This document shows, one piece after another, positions 53,188-64,000 of a stretch of DNA of 64,000 nt. The stretch is from contig OX597838.1 of the NCBI GenBank assembly GCA_951406725.2, positions 31,372,001-31,436,000 on the forward strand, written 5' to 3'. Origin of the DNA: Octopus vulgaris. Lineage: Eukaryota. The notes below the pieces were generated by a model that worked only from the letters and a program-made list of their open reading frames with translations, ran no database searches and had not been told where the DNA came from. Numbering within the stretch: the first letter of the stretch is position 1; every line of letters begins with the position of its first letter. The position numbers and the translations under genes were made by a program.

Positions 53188-53765
53188 TCTTTGACTTGTT
53201 TTGGTCACAGAACTGCAGCCATACTGGAGCACAGCCTTGAAGGGTTTTACTTGAACAAATCAATCCCAGCACTTTAATTTTCAAGTTTGTTACTTATTCT
53301 ATTGGTCTCTTTTGCTAACCTGCTAAATTATGGGGAGATAAACAAACCAACACTGGTTGTCAAGCAATTGGAGGAACATGCATTCATATTTATACATGGG
53401 CTTCCACACAGTTTCCATCCACTAAATTCACTTACAAAGCATTGGTTGATCTACAGCTTGCCCAAGGTGCTGTGCAATGAGACAGAACCCAAAACCACAT
53501 TTAGTACCGGAGTCAATGTAATCAACTCCTCTCCATTCTTAACTCTAAATTCCTGGCTTTGTGCCAAAATCTGAAACCATTATCGTTATTATTATTATTA
53601 TTAAGGCAGCAAGGTTTATGTTCAGAGTTTAAATTCCACCAAGGTGGACTTCGCCCTTCATCTTTTCTTTTCCGGGTCAATAAAGTGAGCCCCAGTTGAG
53701 CACCAGGACCACCAATATCATCAACTAGCACCCCTCTCCCAAAATTTTCAGGTTTTGTGTCGCAG
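53188..53765. mobile_element. SINE A (minus) followed by SINE B fragments (plus)
   Basis: gccatactggagcacagccttg...cttgcccaaggtgc, then ttaaggcagc...cgcccttcatc. Confidence 0.7.
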
Positions 53766-55299
53766 ATAAAATAATTACTATTATATAACCCTATGTTTTG
53801 TACAATTTTCTAAAAACTAAATCTGGATGGCTGCGCTATCCATGCTTTTGGTGGGGCAGTTACTATTACTTAGCAGTTCTTAATGTGAAATTCTAACTGA
53901 AACCAAAACCAGTTTCTGGAGTTCACTTAGTGAGAAATTCCACTGAGACCACTACATTACTAGTTACTTACCATCTATAACAAAACAACAAAAAAAAAAC
54001 TAACTACATTAATTTTGATATCACAGCACTATTAATTACATTAAAAAATGGTGACATTATCAAAAGTGCTGCTATAACTAAACCATATATAATATCATAA
54101 TATGTACATCCAACAATTTCACCTCCTCAAGTTACAAAGTTTCATTGAAGGAACCTCAAACTTCTAGAAATAGCAGCTAAATATTTCTCAAAGCACACTA
54201 CCACCTACAAGAGAAGGACAGATACATTGGTCAAAGCAATCCTAGCTATCCAAAAAGATGGGTTTGTCATGATTGGAATGTCTCTGACCGTAAGTCTATG
54301 ATGGCATGTTTAATTTAATGTTTAATTTGGATTTCTAAATTTCTTTTCAATTTATCAAATTTGATGAAATTAATCTTAAACACCATGGCATTTCCAGACA
54401 GTCAGGATTGCTCCAACCTCAAAGACGCACCCAATTTCAACTTGAAAATTTTAAAACAAAGCCCCCTTTTAAGTGAAGTACCTTCACATATTTTACCAAG
54501 ATGTTTAGATAATAGACCTAGCAATATATAAATCCTGTTGATCCTTTTATAGTTTGCATATATTCTTCAACAATACAGAAAAACACCAAGTTTGGCATTG
54601 ATAACCCTCTTCCAGGGTTAAAATAATTGACTTATGAAAAATGCCGCTTTCATCTTCCAAGGGACACAATAAATTTTTGAAACTTAATTTTGGCAAAACT
54701 AACATGCTTGATTCCACAAAATACAGCAATGTATCAGAAAGGAAAAAAAATTGGGAAAAGTCAAGTTACAAAGGAGGAAATTCTCAAACCACTTTAAATA
54801 ATAGTATTAAGCACCAATAGAAACAATTTCAGAAGTCAGAAAGGCCCAAAGGCCCTACAAAGACTATGGAGCATTGCTCTTCCCCGCTTTATACTTTAAT
54901 AATTAGCATTAAGTTGGTTATGTGAAACTGAAAGTTCTCTTCAAATTATATTTCTTTTACTCAACATTTTGCCTGGAATTTAATCCTAACTACAAATTGT
55001 TGTGTTAATACTTTGTTCATTCACTTTTCATGCCAACATAGGGATAGATGAATACATGTTGTGGCCTCGCTTTAAAGCCAGGTACCCTTCCTACCACCAC
55101 TAACTCTTACCCTTTTTTCAAGAAAAGGAATCTTCATTCCACTCATCATTGAAGGCACAGAGTTACCAAGGAAATGACAACAGGACACCAGCTATAGCTC
55201 AGCTAATTTTCTTACAAGCCCAGAGTGTAAATACACACACCACAAATGACAAACTTTGTACAGTTCCTGCCAACTAAATTCACTCATAAGGCATTAGTG

Positions 55300-55535
55300 C
55301 TCAACTGGTACTTATTTTATCAAACCTGAATGATCTTTTCTATTCTAGGCACAAGGCCCCAAATTTTTTTTTGGGGGGGGGGACAGTAGATTAGATCGAC
55401 CCCAGTATACAAATGGTATTTAATTTATCAACCCTGAAATGATGAAAAGCGAACCGCAGTGAAATTTGAACTCAGATGGGCAAAATGCCATTCAGCATTT
55501 TGGCCAGTACGCTAACAATTCCGCCACCTCACCTA
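55300..55535 (-). mobile_element. SINE B copies
   Basis: ctaggcacaaggcccc...gattagatcgaccccag...tttgaactcaga...gctaacaattccgcca. Confidence 0.8.
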
Positions 55536-55999
55536 AAATATTGCTCTTTGACAAGTACAAAGGACACAAACTTCTTCTGTATCTACTAAAGTACTTGTCT
55601 AGTACAATTAAACACTACAACATGATTTTGTCCAGCACCCAACCAATTCTACCACTTATTTCCACAACCCTTTTTCCTTCAGCAGAAAATAATGCTGACC
55701 TGGAAAACATTTCCTAATCAGAAAAAAATGCTTTTTTTTTTTCAGAAAAAGCTCAAAACTAGAAATGAGTCCACTTGCAGTTAATGACAGACAAAAATAG
55801 CATCAAATATTTGCACAACGATGTGACCCTATTTTGTAATTTCCTCATTTCCTAAGTTCAACTCGGGCAAACTAACAACACACACAGAGAGGAGAACCTG
55901 CATGTGAAAGAGAAAGAAAGGGGAGTTGTCACTAAATGGCCATTAATTTCAGAGAGCAATATAATTTACGATGAGCATAGTATTTGAAACTCCAGCAAC

Positions 56000-56051
<52 letters not shown>

Positions 56052-56105
56052 CATACATATATATATATATATACATACATATATATATATACATATATAT
56101 ATAAA

Positions 56106-56229
56106 CAGGGTGTCCCAAAAAATGTATACACATAGTGGTTCGGCAAAAGAGAACGATAGAATAAGTACTAGGCTTACAAAGAATAACAAATTTACAATTA
56201 TTTAAGGTGTGTATACATTTTTTGGGGAC

Positions 56230-56235
<6 letters not shown>
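56106..56235. mobile_element. Tc1/mariner-type mini-MITE in a (TA)n tract, carrying a SINE A fragment
   Basis: TIRs CAGGGTGTCCCAAAAAATGTATACACA / TGTGTATACATTTTTTGGGGACACCCT. Internal 56133-56186 matches SINE A. Confidence 0.85.
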
Positions 56236-56261
<26 letters not shown>

Positions 56262-56869
56262 AGTGCAGTTCATACACAGTGGTTTCTTCACATTTGCACA
56301 GCTGGCTGGCTGGGTTGGTCAGCCATCCACCCAGCAAGCTAGGCCATTTCGACTGTTACATCAACTAGCAAGCTAGTTAGTTGCTAAATAAATATGTTCT
56401 TCAGATACCATTCTAGAAGAGAGGAAATTTACCAACCCACCAACCAACCAACCCACACATGGAATGTTGTTAAGTACTGTTAAACCATGCACATAGCTAA
56501 AATATACCCACTTAACAAATAAGCAAATACAAAAGAAAGGGTATGTGTGAATGGGGGGGGGTCACTCGAGTAATAAAGAAGTGGGGAGAGGATTTTTTTT
56601 TTTTTTTGAAGCCTTGGGTGGGAGGGCTTCCCCCTAAAAAAATAGAATTCTTTAAAATCAATTGAATGTCTTTAAAGAGACTAATAAATTAATTTATAAG
56701 AAAAACTGAAAGCATTTGAATAAAGAGTGTGTATAATAAGGAGAGGAGGTGGAAATAATAAATTATCAAGCTCTTGGCATAGAGCAGCCGACATTTGCTT
56801 TTGCCTTCCTTGCCAGCCAGCTCCCCCCACCCCCTCGTCTCCCGCCACTGACAATCATAAATCCATTCA

Positions 56870-56907
<38 letters not shown>

Positions 56908-57011
56908 CGACATATTAAACAGTGGAAGAAGTGAGCACCGTAACATGTTCATGTTCACACTGTTCTCAAAAACAGAGAGGGGAAAAAAAAAAAGAAAAAA
57001 AGAAAAAAAGC

Positions 57012-57058
<47 letters not shown>

Positions 57059-57695
57059 GTGGGAAGTGCAGCGGTGTCCAATAGCACTTCTCTGCTGCTC
57101 CTTCCTTCCTTCCTTCCCGCCATCACACACTGCTGCCAAAGACTGCTACCACAGAACACCGCTGCCACCACCTCCCTGCCAACTTTAATAACAGCTATGA
57201 CTCCATCGCCAAGTCATCCTTAGCCTAGTAATGGCAACAACATCCCGAATTCTTCTTGTTTATGACAGCAGTAATGGCAGATTTGGTAACCACTGCTTTA
57301 ACCCAGGCAGAAATCAATATTATAAAACAAGAAAATGATGAAAGCGTGCTAGTGGCAGTAGTTATGTTCAGACATCACCAACACAGCTTTAATAGCACAA
57401 GCGTGCCATCACAAGCAGTCCTGTCCTCTTGCTGAGATACCAATAACAGAATTATTAGAGGAGTAGCACACACAAGAAAAGAAAGAAAGAAAAAAAAATA
57501 TATGAGAGAGAGAGAGAAAGAGACTGGGAGCGGGGGGGGGGGGAAGAATGTCAATAGAAATAGCTTAGATTTGCTGTTTCTTTTGCTTGTTATTAATCTT
57601 ACTACCTCCTTGAATCTTGTCTGAGTAACTGTAGAATATGTTCGGTGCAGTAAATATTTGAGAAGCCAAGGGGAAGGAGGAGAAGGGAGGGGGTA

Positions 57696-57735
<40 letters not shown>

Positions 57736-58531
57736 AATGAATTGGTTAAAAAGATAATAGAGACTGGAGAAGAGAGCTGAGAGGCGTCAATAATTTCTAC
57801 CCACAATGACTGCCTAATTCAGTTACTGGCTGATTACAAATACTTGACCTATATATTTATAATCTTACATTACACCAAATGTAAATACATTTTCACTAGA
57901 CCAGATGTAAATAAGATTTTTTTTTTTTTTTTTCTAAAATAAAATAAAAAACACACTGAAATACCGTTTTCACACACAGCTTACAAATATAATTCCAAAC
58001 CATAATTAAATATACTAGAGCAGATAAAAATCTAGTTATTTGTCAGGGGTTCAGAAATATATAACTTAGCAAAATATTTTAATTTTAATTTTTAGTAAAA
58101 AAACCCAATAAATTTACTTAGGGGATAAACAGATTTTTAAAATATAAACAAACCATCAAGTTTTGTGTTGTTCTTGTTGTTTTTAACTTGCACCCAACTA
58201 AACAGAATGTTTCAAAAAAGTATGATAAACTAGAACAATATATGGATTAAGTGCATCACTAATTAATTTTCACTATGTAAGCGTTGAAATCATTCAGTTA
58301 AGGAGATGAACACACCCTCTCTCACTCTTGCCTGTAAAGAACTTTGCAAGCTACCAGCCATAAAGATATAAACTCTTTAGTATGTTAGTTCACCCAGCCT
58401 GATAATACCATCAATATTATTGTAACTTCAAAGCACGGAAGCAAAGTGGCATATTAAGTACAACATAATCCACATAGAAAAGAATAAGTCAATAATTTAC
58501 AATAAAAACGCTTGGGAGTCCATTATTAATT

Positions 58532-58532
<1 letters not shown>

Positions 58533-58593
<61 letters not shown>
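58533..58593. repeat. (CA)n microsatellite
   Basis: Directly visible. Confidence 0.95.
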
Positions 58594-58597
<4 letters not shown>

Positions 58598-58839
58598 CAG
58601 TAGAAGTAGCAATGGATAAGAACAATTAGTTCACAAATCAAGATTATTATTATTATTAATAATAATAATAATAAAGTACTCACTCTCTACATTCTAGGTT
58701 CTAATCCCACTGAGGTCAACTCTGCCTTTCATTACTTCAAGGTTGATAGAATAAAGTATGAGTGAAGTATCGGAGTTGATGGTAGCAAATAACCTCACTC
58801 CAAAATCAGAAACCATTATTATTATTATTATTATTAATA

Positions 58840-59340
58840 ATGAGTGAGAAAGCAGCACATGTCATCAGATTGATGCAGGGATATGAATATATAAAGCCCA
58901 ATATACCCATCATGATTACCTGTCTGTTAAGGGTACACCAGGCACATGAATCACAACCATATATAGGTGACATAGTGACATCAATATCTAGATAAACAGT
59001 GCATTATCTTGCAGGCGGAGGCTCAGAATTTTCTTCAGGTCGAGCAGCTCATTCTGCTCAAAAGGTTCCTGAATAAGGATTGTTTGAGGATGATCCCTCT
59101 CAACAAATGGCTATGATGCTCCCCCAGTACTCCTGCTCATGATCAGAGATACACATAACGCCAGCCACTAAAGGGACATACTCAACTGGTCGAAATTAAA
59201 CAACTGGCAAGCAAATCTACAAGTATTAAGCAGAATATTTGCTGTAGCCCAACTTTTACACCAAGACAAACCATGTATATGTTAACACTTTCAACCAATT
59301 AAGATCAGAAACCATGAGAGCCATTGCCTGGTATTGCATC
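58840..59340. repeat. Probable interspersed repeat (~500 bp), unclassified
   Basis: GC-richer block bounded by (ATT/AAT)n and (CAT)n tracts. Resembles an octopus repeat from memory only; single copy in this window. Confidence 0.35.
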
Positions 59341-59706
59341 ATCATCATTATTGTTGTTGTTGTATCTCTAAAAGATTAAAGCTATAGTTTACTCAATAAT
59401 AATTTTGATATTCCTAGAACTGACAATTTCATAATCTTAGTAGATCCAACACAAAAACAAATATTGTTTACAGTGTAAATAAAGATCACCAACTGAACAC
59501 AAGGAATCAAAATGAAAACTTAATTTGTTAAATTCATCTAATAACGCCCATCTATATTTATTAAACACATCTACTAAGAATATGAGATTTTGGCTGACTT
59601 ATAATAATTTCATTTAAGCCAGAAACTTAACCAGTTTAGACTATCAGACAAAACCCAAGAAGCAGAAGCTGCCTATGGGGACTCAAACCTGTAGAGAAAT
59701 TCGAAA

Positions 59707-59781
59707 GACTGTTTAGATAAAAATGGTAGAACATCTATCATGTTAATACAGAAGATGTGGGTTCAATTCCCATGAGCAACC
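59707..59781 (+). pseudogene. Degenerate tRNA-like sequence within an inverted-repeat element
   Basis: A-box-like ttagataaaaatggtaga and T-arm gtgggttcaattcccat. Acceptor and anticodon stems pair poorly, so it is not a functional tRNA. Confidence 0.5.
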
Positions 59782-60299
59782 TTTGAGTTTTCTATCCAAA
59801 GGGGTTTTTAAGCTAAATATTTTACATGCTATTAATTCTAGTTTTATGAATGTCTGTCTAGTCCCGCCATTATAAACAAAAATCATTTCACATTCCCTCA
59901 AATTTTTCTAAACCCTTATGATGTAAAAAAAAAAAAAAAAAAAAGAAAAAGTAGTTTTGTTGATGCTAAAGGAAGTTATTGTTCCCCAAAGTAATTTAAC
60001 AAAAAACGAAACCAACAAAGACTATTTAGTATAAAATGTGTTACTAGTTCAAGTGGGTATTTATAGTTAATATATTATTAAACAGGCTATCAACAATCAC
60101 TGGTATGTATCAGTTGCAAACGTAAGTGGATGAGAGAGGGAGAGAGAGAGAGACAAACATTACTCTGTCTCAAATATCAACAGGAGATCAACAGATATGT
60201 TAAATCTAGATTTAGAATAAGATGTCAGGGAGGAGGAGAAATATGATGTAACCAAACCAGTGTGCCAACGGTGTAATGCTGAGGTATTAAGTACATCAA

Positions 60300-60524
60300 C
60301 CCTTCTGATACCAACTTGCCTGACTGACACCACCCCTTATTCTACGATGCAGACTTCCTCCTTTCAAAGTTATCTAAATTAAAACAACCTTCCATCAAAA
60401 TTTTAATCTACGTTCCAAATACCAGATTAATATAATGACAGAGTTATTTTATTAAATTCATTATTTTCAAAATTAATTGAAACAAAGGCAAATTATTTCA
60501 ATAGAAATATGGTAACAAAAAAGG
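60300..60524 (-). mobile_element. piggyBac-type MITE, older D-related subfamily
   Basis: cccttctgatacc...atatggtaacaaaaaagg|TTAA. Confidence 0.75.
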
Positions 60525-61017
60525 TTAAGCTACAAGTATCAAGTCATTTGATCTGCTGTAGTAGACAAGTCTTTAAAAAAATGGATTCAAAGAGGTAAAT
60601 TATTCCACACAAAAAGATATGAAGGTCATAGTAGGAATGCCTTTTAGCCCATTAACATATAAACTTCACATTTGATAACTAATCACATTTAAACAACAAT
60701 AAAAACAAAATGTAGGACTGTTCAATAGTTTGGATTCATTAAAAGTTAATATACAAAAAGTACTTAAAATTCAAATTAATATTTGGTTCTAAATTAATTT
60801 TCTTATTATACCATTTTGTGGGCCACCAGACTGATTGCATTAACGAGTTGATCACAGGACAGCTGGATCAAAACCCATTTGAGTCAAAAACGACAAAAAC
60901 AGTCTTCTATTGTTTGGCTGGAGTTGAACTAAACAGGATTTACCAGAATATTTTGCAATTTTCCACAAAAATGAAGACAACTGGACACAGTAATAATGTT
61001 TCTAATTATAAGCTTAA

Positions 61018-61235
61018 CCCTTTAGCATTTAAACCAGCCATATCCAGCCCAAATATTCTACTTGTTCTATATTCAAACTGGCAGGATCTGGCTTTGTACA
61101 CTTATCCTACAATGTCATTCTAAGAATAAGCAATCACATCCTCAAAATTTCAATACTACATCTTTGCATGATTAATTCAAAACAATTTGATTACATAAGC
61201 AATACATTTGACAGAATAATCTGAATATTAAAGGG
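61018..61235 (+). mobile_element. piggyBac-type MITE family C with both TTAA TSDs
   Basis: TTAA|CCCTTTAGCATT...AATATTAAAGGG|TTAA. Confidence 0.9.
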
Positions 61236-61239
61236 TTAA

Positions 61240-61625
61240 GGACAAAAATTGAAAGTATGGGTTAACTGACTATAGCGATCCTAGTACTTCACTGGTACAT
61301 TATTTTATTGACCCAGGAGGAATGAAAGGCAAAGTAGACCCCAGCAGAATTTGGTCACAAAATATAGAGGCTGAAGAAATAGCACAAAGCATTTTGCCCA
61401 ATGCTCTAACCATTCTATCAATCCATTGCACTTCAATAATTCTTTTCTAATTTTGGCACAAGGCCAGCAATCCTGAAGGGAGCAGAAAGTCAATTATATC
61501 AACCCAAGGTCACAACTGGTACTTATTTTATTAACTCCAAAAGGGTGTAAAAGACAAAGTCAATCTCAGCAGCATTTGAACTCAGAATGTAAAGAGCCCG
61601 TGCTGTAGCAATTCTGCCAATCTAC
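61240..61625 (-). mobile_element. Two tandem SINE B copies
   Basis: gaatgaaaggcaaagtagacccc..., then ttttggcacaaggccagcaa...tttgaactcagaatg. Confidence 0.8.
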
Positions 61626-62514
61626 CTCCCTCATCATGCTAAAGACTAGACTTTTGGGCAAAGTTTTATCACAGCAGTAATCCATAAACAAATATATTTA
61701 ACCTGTAAAATAGTAAACAAAACACACACACACACACACACTTTCATTTGTAGCACTCCTCATTATTTCTGTTTAATACCTATCCCACTCTGGATGTGGA
61801 AACAATTGACAATTTATTACAACTTCTGTTACAATTTTAATTAACATTAATCATAAGTACTAAGTAAATACAAATAAACAAACCAATTTTCTTTCTCAAT
61901 TTTGTTTTGTTTTTAATTCACATCAGAATATAGAATTAGTGACAATTTTTAGCAGAAAATTTACTCCAAGCATTCCTAAACTTCAAAGTTAAAGACAAAA
62001 AAAAAAAAATAACGTTCCCAATTCTCAGTTATTTTTTATTGAAATCACATCATTGTGAGAATTCTGCTAAGTTAATTAGCATTTCAAACATTGCACCATC
62101 TGGTTATGATGGCAGAGTTTTAAGAAAAAGAAAAAAATATTGAAATTATAATAAATCATTAAAATCTGAGCCCTTCCCCGCTCCTTGCAGATAGCTTCCT
62201 TTAAAGTCTATTTAAAACTGCCTCGAAAGAATGACATAACAAAATCTCTCTCACAGAATAAATCAACACTTGAGATTAGATGACCTCAAATATTTTTCCA
62301 TACACATTTAGTCATTCATTAAAACATATTTAGACAAAGTTTTCACATAACTAATTCACACATACTGTCTCTAAGCAATGCTGGGAACAGAAGTTTCCAA
62401 ATTTGTTCAACAGTAACAAAAATATTATTAAAATATTCTATCAAGGAATATCCTACTTTAAATACAATGTTTAAAAAAAGCTACACTGAATGGTTATATT
62501 GCATGACTTACTAA

Positions 62515-62565
<51 letters not shown>

Positions 62566-63549
62566 TACACATGTATACCTACATACACTACTTACTTGGA
62601 TATAAATCACTATTCTATCATAGCTTTTAATTGAAAAAACTGGGATACAACATATACACTGAAGAAAGCTAAAACTAAAAGGGGAAAAAAATTTGTACTA
62701 AGATTTAATACCAAATTAAGGGTGTGACTTACAGATGAGTCAATACACAAGAGCCCATCATGTGTATGTGTGTGTAGATATATATATATATATATATACA
62801 TACACACACACACACACATACATAATCTTGCGTTTTGAGTCAGGTAAATTAATTTATTGGCTAAAAGCTTAAGATTTGGCTGGTAGTTCTCAAAACAAAC
62901 AATTAAGTCAACATGACAGCAAGTTAGAGCTGGTTGTCAACAACAAAAGCACTTGGATTGATAGATAAATCAACCTATGTGTTAAGTGCTATCAATGAGA
63001 TAGTCTTATATGGCAAAACACAATAGCAGTAACTCAGTCCAACCAACACTTAAAACACAGTTTGATAGCTGAGTGGTAAAGTGCAAATCTACCTGCATGC
63101 CTGTAAGTTTTTAAACTGAGAACATGAATTATAAGACAATAATTACTACTAGCAATAAATTTAAGAGAAAACATAAACATGCAACATATTGATTTTGTGC
63201 ATAGGAAACATTTAACATTCTATGGTGTATCTTGTCTTCTTTGACAGACAACAAAGCAGGACAGTTATGTATTGTGATCACCATACATATTGGTGTCTTC
63301 ACTAAAGATAACAGATACTGAAAGACCACAAGACTTTGGGAAACTACTAGAAATGATCCATCAAAAATTTCTTTTAACTGAAATCAGTGAAAATACATCC
63401 AAACTGCATCTGTTGCACATAACATCTTCAAACAAGGAAAGAACTTTGCCAAATATTCACACAAAATTTGATTATGAAATATTTTTAAATGTTATTTACA
63501 ATTGCTGTTGCTACTAGTTGATTTATCTGCCCTTTCCCTTAACTAACCG

Positions 63550-63870
63550 GGCACATGGCCTTGTGGTTAGGGTTTTGAGTCCATAATCATAAGGCCATGG
63601 GTTCAATTCTTGAAAAATGTTCTGCTGTGTCCTTGAATAAAGTACATAATTTCACATTCTGCCAGTTCTACCCAGCTGAAAATGAATACTGATCAAGTGC
63701 TAGTGTAACCCTTTCTTCCTCCAGCTGTTCCACTGGGTTAAGGGTGCGAGAACCACGAAGGGATCTATATCTGCTTGCAACCACATAAGCACCTAGAACA
63801 AACAGCGAAAGCATGGTACAAGCCACCAGGTTATACTCTCCTGCGAGTGACAGTTAAACACCAAACAAGC
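63550..63870 (+). mobile_element. SINE with family G head
   Basis: tggccttgtggttaggg...gggttcaattc...tgtgtccttgaataaagtac...cccagctgaaaatga. Confidence 0.7.
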
Positions 63871-64000
63871 AAGCCCTCCTCAGCTTGCTACCCCTACCTC
63901 CTCCTGTTCATGTTTTACTATTTTATTTACATCAGAAAGATTTTTTTTTTTAAACAAAGCAGAGGAATTTACAATAACAATAGTGATTGTCAAATATTGA

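Noticed and set aside
56689-57223. Overlapping 60-160 aa ORFs
   Set aside because: Stop-free only because of (CA)n and (GA)n microsatellites.
60880-60925. Minus IEDCFC resembling MED13 exon 1 'LEDCH.N'
   Set aside because: Followed by a stop, with no NG(A/C)S context or donor site.

Overview
AT-rich, microsatellite- and SINE-dense eukaryotic DNA. The repeat families look like those of an Octopus (coleoid cephalopod) genome; this is recognition from memory, not a database search. The only confident coding sequence is one 109-nt internal exon of Mediator subunit MED13 on the minus strand (2428-2536; ...[21 protein letters not shown]), which the ORF track misses. I found no upstream MED13 exons, so most of the window appears to be a single intron of more than 61 kb. 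It holds a CpG-rich promoter-like island (~41.6-46.6 kb), a decayed Gypsy element, LINE remnants, three tRNA-derived SINE families, piggyBac/hAT/Tc1-type MITEs, nested insertions and tandem repeats. The best leads are the intronic promoter-like island, a SINE-derived candidate alternative exon that joins MED13 in frame, a pri-miRNA-shaped hairpin on the MED13 sense strand, a (DK)4 insertion in the conserved MED13 N-terminus, and an inverted tRNA-pair element. The listed ORFs appear to be low-complexity or repeat artefacts. Repeat boundaries are approximate and the family labels (A-H) are my own.
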